Shown here piece by piece: positions 18,953-27,010 of a stretch of 61,926 bases of DNA. Made by a program: the position numbers and the translations under genes. Location: the NCBI GenBank assembly GCA_003556385.1, contig PWRA01000096.1:1-61926 (forward strand), read 5' to 3'. The DNA is from Dehalococcoidia bacterium (GTDB lineage: Bacteria; Chloroflexota; Dehalococcoidia; GIF9; AB-539-J10). Positions within the stretch are counted from its first letter, which is position 1. Each line of letters begins with the position of its first letter. The notes under the pieces were generated by a model. The model had not been told where the DNA came from. It saw only the letters and a program-made list of their open reading frames with translations, and did not search any database.

Positions 18953-19221
18953 GCTCCCTGCGCGCTGCCTCCTGTCGTTTGAACTCTATGCTCTGCTCAA
19001 TCTGTATCTAAGGTTCGCCCCGGACTGCGCCTCCCGTTGCGATCCAGGACACTGAGCACAGGTGGCTGGCCGGACAGCGCCTGCGGGCAGGCCATATTGC
19101 TGTCCCTGAAAACTGGCTCGTCTCCGCTCAAGATGGTCGGCTCTTCGCCTATCAGACATCATCAGGCGCCGCCCCAACGCAATCCGTCCGTAAACCCGGA
19201 ATGGACCCATGGGTGACCCAA

Positions 19222-20202
19222 CTATGACTCGCCGGACTTCCTGTAGGCCACATAGTAGTCGGCCTCCAGCATCACTCCATCCCTGAAGAAGTGGTGTGTG
19301 AAGTAGATATTGCCTTCTTTGTCCAGGGAGGGCTCGGCGGCAAACTGGGAGATGATCAGCTCCGGCTCCTGCCATTCGCCCTCTATCTTCCTGGACCTGA
19401 AGATGGCCGGTGTGCCCAGATAGGTTCTTGTGAACCACAGCTCACTGCCGTCCTGGGTGATGAACGGCCAGCCCTCATTCTCCGGCGTGTTTACGGCCTC
19501 GACGTTCTCGGGCTCTTGCCAGACGCCGTCTACCTTCCTGGTCACCCAGATGTCGAGTTGTCCTTTGCCTCCACCCCTGTCGGAATGGAAATACATCTCC
19601 TTGCCGTCGGCGGTAATATGCAACTCGCCTACCTGATAGTCAACGTTCAGCGTCTCGCCGGCGTTCGTCCAGTTCGTCCAGCGCCCGTCGCTGAACTCGG
19701 CGGTCCACATGTCCACTCCCCGGCAATTGCCCTCGCGCGCCGAGCAGAACCACATCTCATCGTCCTGTACGAAGAGGCAGCCATCCAGCGCCAGATGGCA
19801 CGGATCCTGCAACCACACTCTCTGCGGCTGTTGCCACTCACCGTCGATTTTGTTCGACACGTAGATGCCGGTGACGCCGTCGAGAATCTGCTTCTCCGGA
19901 GGCACCGTAACGTCGGGAGTGAACCAGATGTAGAATGTGTTACCGTCGGGCGTGATGAATCCGGAGTCTTCCGCGCCGGCGGTGTTGATGGGGTAGGGCA
20001 TGGGGATGGGTTCCTCGTATTTGTCCGAATGCAGTATCGGGGGGTGGGCGTCGGTTTCCGGCGTAATCTTCACCTGTCCCGCAGGTATCTTGCTTTCGCG
20101 GTCGATATCGAGATACTCGCACTCCTCCGCCGGGCAGCCCGGTGCCATCACAAGCGCAGCTATCAGGACCAGTGCCAGTACGCCGACGATGATTCTCACC
20201 AT
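19222..20202 (-). CDS. Lipoprotein with TolB-like (PD40/WD40-like) beta-propeller repeats
   Basis: Signal peptide with lipobox VMAPGC. Repeated DG..MYF/WF..R motifs (DGNTFYIWF, DGKEMYFHSDR, DGSELWFTR, EGNIYFTHH). Confidence 0.7.
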   Translation of the reverse strand: MVRIIVGVLALVLIAALVMAPGCPAEECEYLDIDRESKIPAGQVKITPETDAHPPILHSDKYEEPIPMPYPINTAGAEDSGFITPDGNTFYIWFTPDVTVPPEKQILDGVTGIYVSNKIDGEWQQPQRVWLQDPCHLALDGCLFVQDDEMWFCSAREGNCRGVDMWTAEFSDGRWTNWTNAGETLNVDYQVGELHITADGKEMYFHSDRGGGKGQLDIWVTRKVDGVWQEPENVEAVNTPENEGWPFITQDGSELWFTRTYLGTPAIFRSRKIEGEWQEPELIISQFAAEPSLDKEGNIYFTHHFFRDGVMLEADYYVAYRKSGES

Positions 20203-20437
20203 GTTGACCTCCCGTTTGAGTATCGTTCTACAGGTCGACAGCGAGAGCGCTGTGTTCCTCGCGCCACGGTCTGGCGGACGGTAGACTGCGGCATTCTACA
20301 CCTTCGTTGGCCGTTCCACAATGCCACGGGCCGGCTCTGCCGTATGAGGGGGCCTGTGCCACCCGACGTTTGCCGGGTTCATCCATGTCAGTAATAGATA
20401 GTGGGAGGCAAGAGGATCGTGTATGGCAAAAAGATGA

Positions 20438-20580
20438 GCCCCAAGCAACCTCGCTTTCTTCGGCTTCCTCCCCTGCTCCTTTCGACTTAAGCCTACCCTT
20501 CGGCTTACGCCTAATTATCGGCTATCGTCTACTCTGAGTCGGTTCTTCGTCCACCAACCGATTGTTCGGCTACTTGGGGC
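20438..20580 (-). ncRNA. Candidate structured RNA, copy B (paralogue of 8583-8689, with a 36-nt insertion)
   Basis: The closing stem GCCCCAAG/CUUGGGGC covaries with copy A. It has the same UUGGU/ACCGA hairpin and GAGUAG motifs. The insertion forms its own hairpin AAGCC-GAAGGGUA-GGCUU. A U-rich tract follows. Confidence 0.45.
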
Positions 20581-20587
20581 AGTTCTT

Positions 20588-20617
20588 ACTTTAGCACATC
20601 TGCCGACCCCTTGTCAA
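20588..20617 (-). promoter_or_regulatory. Sigma-70-type promoter with extended -10 driving RNA candidate B
   Basis: Minus-strand TTGACA (20617-20612), 18 nt spacer, TGcTAAAGT (20596-20588). The hexamers are conserved relative to copy A while the spacer sequence differs. Confidence 0.5.
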
Positions 20618-20793
20618 GTTTTGCTCGTCAGCCGTCAGCCTGCATGCCGGGGACATGATGCCCATCTTACCGGTATTGATCGGTATTGTGACTGGGGTAT
20701 AATGGGGGTGCCGCGTATGGTTGTGCGCCCGGTCCGCGGAGTTGGCGACGCCGGTACGGAGCTCCACATCGCGGCAGAAGGAGGTTACCGCTA

Positions 20794-21396
20794 ATGTCCA
20801 AAGTAGCAATCGGGGCACGTACGCTTCTGTATCCGCTTCCCGCTGTGCTTGTAGGGGCCGATGTCGACGGGAAGCCGAACTTCTCTACCTACGCCTGGTG
20901 CGGGATCGCCGGTAGCAAACCACCCATGCTGACGGTCGCGTTCCAGCGTAAGCGTCACACCTTCAAGGGGGTGAAGCAAAACGGGACATACTCCGTGAAC
21001 ATCCCCTCTGCGGAACTGGTAAGGGAGACCGACTACTGCGGGCTTGTCTCGGGGCGCGATACTGATAAGGTCGCCGACTGTAAGTTCAGCGTGTTCTACG
21101 GGAAGCTCGCCAATGCGCCGCTTATCAGCGAGTGTCCCGTGAATATCGAATGCTCGGTGGTGCATGTATTGGACGTGGGCAGCCATGACCTTGTCGTGGG
21201 ACGAATCGAGGAAGTCCATGCCACCGAATCATGCCTGACCGACGGCAGGCCGGACGCAGTCAAGATGGATCCTTTCCTGTGGGCTATGCCGCCCGTGAAT
21301 CGTTATTGCCGGTTCGGGGAGCCCATTGGCGAGGCGTTCAGAGTCGGGGAGCAGCTGAAGGCGAAGGGGAAGGGGAAGGGGAAGGCGGAGCCATAG
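20794..21396 (+). CDS. Flavin reductase-like (FMN-binding split-barrel) protein
   Basis: N-terminus LLYPLPAVLVGADVDGKPNF and overall length are typical of the flavin reductase domain family. AAGGAGG RBS. C-terminal KGKGKGKGK tail. Confidence 0.8.
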   Translation: MSKVAIGARTLLYPLPAVLVGADVDGKPNFSTYAWCGIAGSKPPMLTVAFQRKRHTFKGVKQNGTYSVNIPSAELVRETDYCGLVSGRDTDKVADCKFSVFYGKLANAPLISECPVNIECSVVHVLDVGSHDLVVGRIEEVHATESCLTDGRPDAVKMDPFLWAMPPVNRYCRFGEPIGEAFRVGEQLKAKGKGKGKAEP

Positions 21397-21414
21397 CCAT
21401 AGCCGTAGCGTTGA

Positions 21415-22074
21415 CTACGCGTATTCTATGTCCGCCTCCTCCGTGAGTTCCTCGATCAGGGCAAACATGGCTTCCTGCTGTTTTTCCTGCTTCAACTCCA
21501 TGATCAGGTAATCCTTTATCTGTTCGAAAGGCGGAAGCTGTTCTTCCGGAACGACTTGCCTGTAGTAGTCATATCGTTCCTCAACCTCTTCCGTGGTAGG
21601 CTCGGGGACCTCTACCGCATCCTCCAGGAACTCCTGGATCGCCAGCTGCTTCCCGAAATCCTTCAGCTGTTCATCGTAGCAAAGCCCCTTCTCCTCCAGT
21701 TCTCGGCGGAAATCTTCCAGCGGCGTTGGCATCATGAGTTCCAGTTGTTCTTCTGCCTCTGCCCTGGTGAGAGGCATATAGCCTGCCAGCTCGGCGGCCT
21801 GCTGTAAGACTTCCTGCGTTATCAGGTCTTCCAGAGCAGCGTCATCTTCCGGTGTCTCCATTCCGTAGGCATCATATACCGCCTGCAGTGCTGTCACGTC
21901 CTTCTGCATTATCTCCACGCCATTCACCGTGGCGAGAACAGTATCAGGCGTTACCTCGTCGTTAACCTGTAGCGCCCCGTCATCCGCCGCAACGACTAGC
22001 ACCAGTGCCGATGTCAGGATTGCCACCGCCACTATGATTGCTACACCCCTTCCTTGCTTGAGTTTCGAGATCAT
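21415..22074 (-). CDS. Membrane-anchored SurA N-terminal-domain chaperone-like protein (no PPIase domain seen)
   Basis: N-terminal TM anchor, then ATVNGVEIMQKDV and an acidic helical region, as in SurA_N/PpiD-like domains. Confidence 0.55.
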   Translation of the reverse strand: MISKLKQGRGVAIIVAVAILTSALVLVVAADDGALQVNDEVTPDTVLATVNGVEIMQKDVTALQAVYDAYGMETPEDDAALEDLITQEVLQQAAELAGYMPLTRAEAEEQLELMMPTPLEDFRRELEEKGLCYDEQLKDFGKQLAIQEFLEDAVEVPEPTTEEVEERYDYYRQVVPEEQLPPFEQIKDYLIMELKQEKQQEAMFALIEELTEEADIEYA

Positions 22075-22283
22075 ACTACGTCACCCCCTTACTCAGTCGA
22101 CGTCCCCTTTTCCCCTCAGGGTTGCTGAAGGACAGTATCGATAGTGTAAATTCTAGCAGCTATAAGACCCATAGGCAAAAATCGCTTCCCGGTCCAGCCG
22201 GTGATGGACGGACGCGTTGCGGTCTTCCGCATGAACCCGGCGGGACTGGCCGGGGACGTGCCCGACAGCGGAGTGCCCGGGCA

Positions 22284-23348
22284 TTATGAGGAGGCGAAGC
22301 ATTTCCAGTAAGGAGCGAATGCCGACCTGACGGCCTGCACTATCTGTCTTGTTTCGGACGCTGCATAGTCCCTCGTGTGTCCTGCGGGCAACGGATATGG
22401 CTCTGTTAAGTCCGGCTCTATTCCCGTCAGGCCGCAGATCGAGGCGAGCCATCCTCTGGGAAACAGGGCCCCCGCGGGGTCGTACCCGGAGCCGGCAAAT
22501 GCCACGACTCTGCCCCCGCATACTTTGTCGGCGGTGACCCGCACGCGGGCCGCGATCATATGTATTCCCCGCAAGGTCAAGCCCATTCTTGTTATCTGGT
22601 CCATGAAGTGGGGATCGCTGCCGTCCACCATTATTATCGTCTGCGGCTCGAAATCTTCTGCCAGCGGTGTGAATACGTTGTCCAGGACGTATTGATAGGC
22701 CAGGTCGCCCGTGCCCGGCAACAGCGGGATATTCACGGAGTAGCCCAGTCCCTCGCCTTCGCCCATAGGGTTCCCGTACCCCGGCCCGGGGTAGAGGGTA
22801 CCGGGGTCCTGGTGAATCGAGATGAACAGCACCCGGGGGTCACGGGCAAAGATCCCGTAGATACCATCCCCGGCGTGGGCATCGGTGTCCAGGATCAATA
22901 TGCGCTGCAGCCCATGGTTCTGCAACAGGTTCTCCGCGCAGATTCCGACATCGCTGAAGATACCGAATCCCTTTTCGTAAGACCTGCCCGCATGCTGTAC
23001 GCCTCCCCCGATAACCACTGCTGTGCCGAAAGCCCCCGACTGCACCAGTTCACCTGCCAGCTTGCCGGCCCCGGCCAGCAAGCGCGCCGCCCTCACCACT
23101 CCCGGCGAGAGCGGCGTGTCATGCGGGTCACGGGACTCGCACCTTTCCACCCGCCGGATATATTCATCGGTGTGCACCAGTTTGAGATCGGCTTCCGTGG
23201 CATATCCGGGCTCGATCACTTCAAACTCAGGGCGGTCGGCGGCTTTCTCTCTGAACAGGGCCATGAAGCTTTCGTACCTCTCACCTGTGAGCACGTGCCC
23301 CAGGTCGTACTCCTGCATTCCTGGGCTATAGACTATGGCCGTGCGCAT
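22284..23348 (-). CDS. Histone deacetylase family enzyme (AcuC/acetylpolyamine amidohydrolase-like)
   Basis: HDAC motifs GGGVQHA, GFGIFSD, ILDTDAHAGDG and the later GSGYD. Confidence 0.85.
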   Translation of the reverse strand: MRTAIVYSPGMQEYDLGHVLTGERYESFMALFREKAADRPEFEVIEPGYATEADLKLVHTDEYIRRVERCESRDPHDTPLSPGVVRAARLLAGAGKLAGELVQSGAFGTAVVIGGGVQHAGRSYEKGFGIFSDVGICAENLLQNHGLQRILILDTDAHAGDGIYGIFARDPRVLFISIHQDPGTLYPGPGYGNPMGEGEGLGYSVNIPLLPGTGDLAYQYVLDNVFTPLAEDFEPQTIIMVDGSDPHFMDQITRMGLTLRGIHMIAARVRVTADKVCGGRVVAFAGSGYDPAGALFPRGWLASICGLTGIEPDLTEPYPLPAGHTRDYAASETRQIVQAVRSAFAPYWKCFASS

Positions 23349-23431
23349 CGTCGAGTTCCCGGGGTTGTGTCCGCCCTCCCCTGGAGCATATCCTCAGGTC
23401 CTGACCGGTGGTGACAGGTTAGCACACGTGG

Positions 23432-23460
23432 TTGCATTGTGTCATATAGAATGGTAGAAT
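23432..23460 (+). promoter_or_regulatory. Putative sigma-70 promoter upstream of the small basic ORF and BFN gene
   Basis: TTGCAT (23432-23437), 17 nt spacer, TAGAAT (23455-23460). Confidence 0.45.
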
Positions 23461-23571
23461 GTGCCTACAATCCGGCACCACCAACTTCCTTTCCCCGCGA
23501 AAATCTTTCGACAACTCATGTAGCTGATAAGGCAACTCTGTTTCTGAGAAAAGGACTATGGAGGTGAACAG

Positions 23572-23685
23572 ATGGGCAAGAAGGACGAGAAGAGAAGGCA
23601 GAAGGACTCTTACCAGCGGACATTCAAGACGGGTGGCAAGTCGACGAAGACCAGGTCGAAGTCACCGGGGCGTAAGGTTAAGTGA
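23572..23685 (+). CDS. Hypothetical 37-aa Lys/Arg-rich small protein
   Basis: GGAGGTG lies 5 nt upstream of the ATG. Translation is MGKKDEKRRQKDSYQRTFKTGGKSTKTRSKSPGRKVK. It falls below the ORF-track cutoff, so I read it manually. An alternative 67-aa ORF in another frame (23558-23761) lacks an RBS. Confidence 0.4.
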   Translation: MGKKDEKRRQKDSYQRTFKTGGKSTKTRSKSPGRKVK

Positions 23686-23809
23686 TGGTCCCGGCCGAGC
23701 GCCGAGCGCACGAGTCCGGCAGACGGACGCGATGATGGCAGGAGCGAGGCCCGGTGCCTGACGAAGAGCCGGCAGAAGTAGACAGACGATAAGCCGGGGG
23801 GAGGTGATT

Positions 23810-24367
23810 ATGATAGAGATGCACATTGAAAGCATGGGGGTTAGCCCTGAGAACCACCGGGGAGTGGTTGTCCTTAAGGAGCAGGCGGGCCAACGTTGTC
23901 TGCCGATCTGGATCGGGTCGGCCGAAGCCGGTGCCATCGCAGCGAAGCTTCAAGGCGCCGATGTGCCCCGGCCCTTGAGCCACGACCTGTTGTGTTCGAT
24001 CATCGATAACCTGAAGGCCACTGTCGAATCTGTTATCATCAACGACCTCAGGGATGATACCTTCTACGCCACGATTCTCCTGAATACGGTCGAAGGACAG
24101 ACCGATGTGGATTCGCGTCCCAGCGATGCGCTGGCCGTGGCGGTGAGGACCGGAGTTCCCATCTTCGTCGAGGAAACTGTACTGGATGAAGGGGGAGTGC
24201 TGGTTGATAGCGAAACCGGACAGGTGGTTCCCCACCGGACGTCTGGTGAGAAGCAGGTGACGGAGGAAGAGCTGAGTAGACTATCTGCCTTTAGCGACTT
24301 CATCAACACTCTGGACATCAAGGAACTCGATGACGAGAAGAAGAAAGATAAGGACAGCGACCGGTAG
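23810..24367 (+). CDS. Bifunctional nuclease family protein (DUF151/BFN domain)
   Basis: Motifs LPIWIGSAEAGAI, RPLSHDLL, DSRPSDALAVAVR. GGGGGAGG RBS before the ATG at 23810. Acidic/Lys-rich C-terminal tail. Confidence 0.82.
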   Translation: MIEMHIESMGVSPENHRGVVVLKEQAGQRCLPIWIGSAEAGAIAAKLQGADVPRPLSHDLLCSIIDNLKATVESVIINDLRDDTFYATILLNTVEGQTDVDSRPSDALAVAVRTGVPIFVEETVLDEGGVLVDSETGQVVPHRTSGEKQVTEEELSRLSAFSDFINTLDIKELDDEKKKDKDSDR

Positions 24368-24466
24368 ATGGCGCCGGGAGCAGGCCCGCGGCAAGGGGGC
24401 GATCGCGAGCCAGCAAGAGAGGACACATAGACGACGACTTGAGACACCGGGAGCACTAGGAGGGGT

Positions 24467-24712
24467 ATGCGTTATAAGTGCGTTACCTGCGGGATCGAAT
24501 TTGGCAATATAGAGGAACTGGCTGCTCATAAGCGTCAGCACCAGGCGGGCCCGCAAAGCTCCCCGGGAGTGACCTGCCTGGGCTGCGGTAAGAGCATCCC
24601 GCTGGAGCCATCCAGGGCTAACTACAGCGGACCACTCGCCTGCCCCGACTGCGGAAGGACGATGACCGTGGTCATCGAAGACGGCGAGGTGTGCGTAGCC
24701 CGGCTCGGCTAG
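24467..24712 (+). CDS. Small zinc-binding protein: C2H2-type zinc finger plus CxxC...CxxC zinc ribbon
   Basis: YKCVTCGIEFGNIEELAAHKRQH fits C-x2-C-x12-H-x3-H. It is followed by CLGCG...CPDCG. AGGAGG RBS. Confidence 0.65.
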   Translation: MRYKCVTCGIEFGNIEELAAHKRQHQAGPQSSPGVTCLGCGKSIPLEPSRANYSGPLACPDCGRTMTVVIEDGEVCVARLG

Positions 24713-24802
24713 CAGCGAGCGCAACGGGCAGGCGGAGCCAGGACGGCAGTGCCGGCATTGGCCGGTTCCGACCCGTCGGATGGCCTTCACCGGGTCGTGT
24801 AG

Positions 24803-25645
24803 TCAATCGTCCATGCTTTCGCGCAGGTTCTTGACTGCGGCGAAGAACTGCCGTGTCCACTCGTTGGCGACCTTGCGGTTGGCACAGAAGACGATCCGTA
24901 GGTTCGGATGCAGTGCGTAGAGCTCGGCAATGGCCCGGGCACAAAAGCCGGCTGTATAGTGACGTACCTTCTTGGGATTGAGAAAATCGGCATAAGGTGT
25001 TTCGATTACCAGGGCATGGTTGTCATGGGTCGCTAGCTCGGCCAGCCTCTGATGTAGTATCGGCATCATACCGAAATCGGCGAGCAGGTTCTCCATGGTC
25101 TTGCGCTCTACCAGGGCCAGAATCCTGTCGCCGTCCATAAGGGCATAATCGCCCGAAGGGAGGCTGCCGCGCTCGGTGACCGCCCGCGCGAAACGCCACG
25201 GGTATTTCTCGTTGCTGTGGATGCGGACGACCATTTGGGTGCCGCCCCGGGGAGGTGCCAGCTTGAATGTGGGACGGCGTTGCTGTATAGCCCTCTGGGT
25301 CAGCCAGAAGATCTGCTCATAGCTCTCTCCCGGTCTATCCTTATAGGACTTCTTCAAGAACAGGAAATCGCACCGCTTGCACATCTTACGGTCGAGCACC
25401 ACGGAGATGCGGCGGCCGCGGTCATGGAAGGCGACGATGTCCACCCGTTCGACCTCCTCCAGCACCTCATCGTGCGCCGGCGGCCCGTCCTCCCGCAGAC
25501 AGAAGATATGCCGTCCCACCGTCGGCCAGCGGTCTTGCGTGCGCAGCACCAGCCACGGCTTAGCCTGTCTGATAATCTGTAGGCGGTAAGGGAAGCGGTC
25601 GTTCTGTGTCCGCTCCAGAATCCAGATACCCTCCATCGACCACAT
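24803..25645 (-). CDS. ERCC4 (XPF/Mus81-type) nuclease-domain protein with an unrecognised N-terminal half
   Basis: C-terminal half carries GDYAL...LVERKTMENLLAD, the GDxn-ERKxxxD ERCC4 signature. The start is uncertain: GTG 25690, ATG 25645 or ATG 25636. A TATAAT at 25652-25647 suggests a near-leaderless transcript. Confidence 0.65.
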   Translation of the reverse strand: MWSMEGIWILERTQNDRFPYRLQIIRQAKPWLVLRTQDRWPTVGRHIFCLREDGPPAHDEVLEEVERVDIVAFHDRGRRISVVLDRKMCKRCDFLFLKKSYKDRPGESYEQIFWLTQRAIQQRRPTFKLAPPRGGTQMVVRIHSNEKYPWRFARAVTERGSLPSGDYALMDGDRILALVERKTMENLLADFGMMPILHQRLAELATHDNHALVIETPYADFLNPKKVRHYTAGFCARAIAELYALHPNLRIVFCANRKVANEWTRQFFAAVKNLRESMDD

Positions 25646-25827
25646 GATTATACGGCAAGGTACACGGTGAGTTAAAGCCAGACTTCGCACCAGGCCTCAA
25701 TGCAACCTCCAGTGCATCAAGAAGAGTGTCCTGCCGGAAGACTGACGCCGTCCCGAACCCATGCTAGAATACGTGGACCAAAGAAGGCGCAAGCTGCTGA
25801 ATTAGGGCAGCTTCGAGGGAGCATCAG

Positions 25828-26934
25828 ATGATATGGCAGTTTACATCGCAGTCGCCACTTGTCGAGGGTGCATGGGCCGGCGGTATATTGGCCGCTTCTG
25901 TCCTGATAGCCTGGCTGATTACCTGGGTGCTAGGACGTGTAAGGCGAAGGATTGAGGAGCGGCGTAAGGCAACATCCACCCCCGACATACTGCGGTCGAT
26001 TTCAAAGCCTGTTTTCGTCTTGGTGACGGTACAAGGGTTTCTCCTGGCACTGCGCTCATTGTCCTATCTGGAGCCTTGGTACCCTTATATCACAGGGGTT
26101 GCTGCCGCGGTTGCGATAGTCCTCGTCACTCATATCCTGGCGGTGATCATCCGTCCGTGGCTGAACTGGTACATGTGCCGCAGAGAAGTGCGACCTGGCC
26201 TGACCCAGCTGACAAACCAGGTGACAACGGCGCTTATATATATAATCGGACTGCTCGTATTACTGCAGTCCTTTGGTATCGCTATCAGTCCGATCCTGGC
26301 AGGACTGGGGATAGGTGGCCTGGCCATAGCACTGGCACTGCAGCCGACGCTCAGCAATTTTCTCGCCGGTGCCCAGCTTGTCTTCGACAGAACATTTCAT
26401 ATCGGCGACTATATCGAGCTCGACACCGGCGAGAGGGGCTTTGTCCAGCATGTGGGCTGGCGCAGCACGCGCGTGCGCTCACTGTACAACAACGTGATGA
26501 TCGTTCCCAATTCACGGCTCATAGCGACCGTAGTTACCAACTATCACCGACCCGATATGTCAGTGGCAGTGCTGGTTGAGGCGGGTGTCAGCTATAGCAG
26601 TGACCTGGCCCAGGTGGAGAGGGTGGCCCTGGCCGCATCACGGGAGGTAGTTGCAGAGTTGCCGGAAGCGGTGGAGGCCGTTGAACCCTTTTTCGCATTT
26701 GAAGAAATCGGAGAGTCGAACATCAACTTCTGGATCTGGTTATATGCAAAGGACCGGTCAGCTTCCTTCCGACTAAAGAGCGAGCTGATCAAGCGTCTTC
26801 ATTCCCACTTCGACCGCGAGGGAATAGTAATAAACTATCCCGTGCGGTTGATATCGCACGGCCAGTCCGGCGATGGGAGGTTTATCCCGGCAGCGGGAGA
26901 CCCCGGTCTGGAAGGGCCGGAGGAGACCCGATGA
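25828..26934 (+). CDS. Mechanosensitive ion channel family protein (MscS-like)
   Basis: Several N-terminal TM helices, then the pore-helix/beta-domain motif LSNFLAGAQLVFDRTFHIGDYIE...GFVQHVGWRSTRVRS...VPNS. Confidence 0.88.
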   Translation: MIWQFTSQSPLVEGAWAGGILAASVLIAWLITWVLGRVRRRIEERRKATSTPDILRSISKPVFVLVTVQGFLLALRSLSYLEPWYPYITGVAAAVAIVLVTHILAVIIRPWLNWYMCRREVRPGLTQLTNQVTTALIYIIGLLVLLQSFGIAISPILAGLGIGGLAIALALQPTLSNFLAGAQLVFDRTFHIGDYIELDTGERGFVQHVGWRSTRVRSLYNNVMIVPNSRLIATVVTNYHRPDMSVAVLVEAGVSYSSDLAQVERVALAASREVVAELPEAVEAVEPFFAFEEIGESNINFWIWLYAKDRSASFRLKSELIKRLHSHFDREGIVINYPVRLISHGQSGDGRFIPAAGDPGLEGPEETR

Positions 26935-27010
26935 CCCGTATACGTCGGGCAGTGGCGCTTACCTACTGCGTGGCGCTGATAACGAAGTGAGGATTCTTGC
27001 GGGGTGATTC

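Noticed and set aside
23558-23761. 67-aa Arg-rich ORF listed in the ORF track upstream of the BFN gene.
   Set aside because: It has no RBS and an extreme Arg/Gly/Pro composition. The overlapping 37-aa ORF in another frame starts 5 nt after a GGAGGTG and is the better, though still tentative, candidate.
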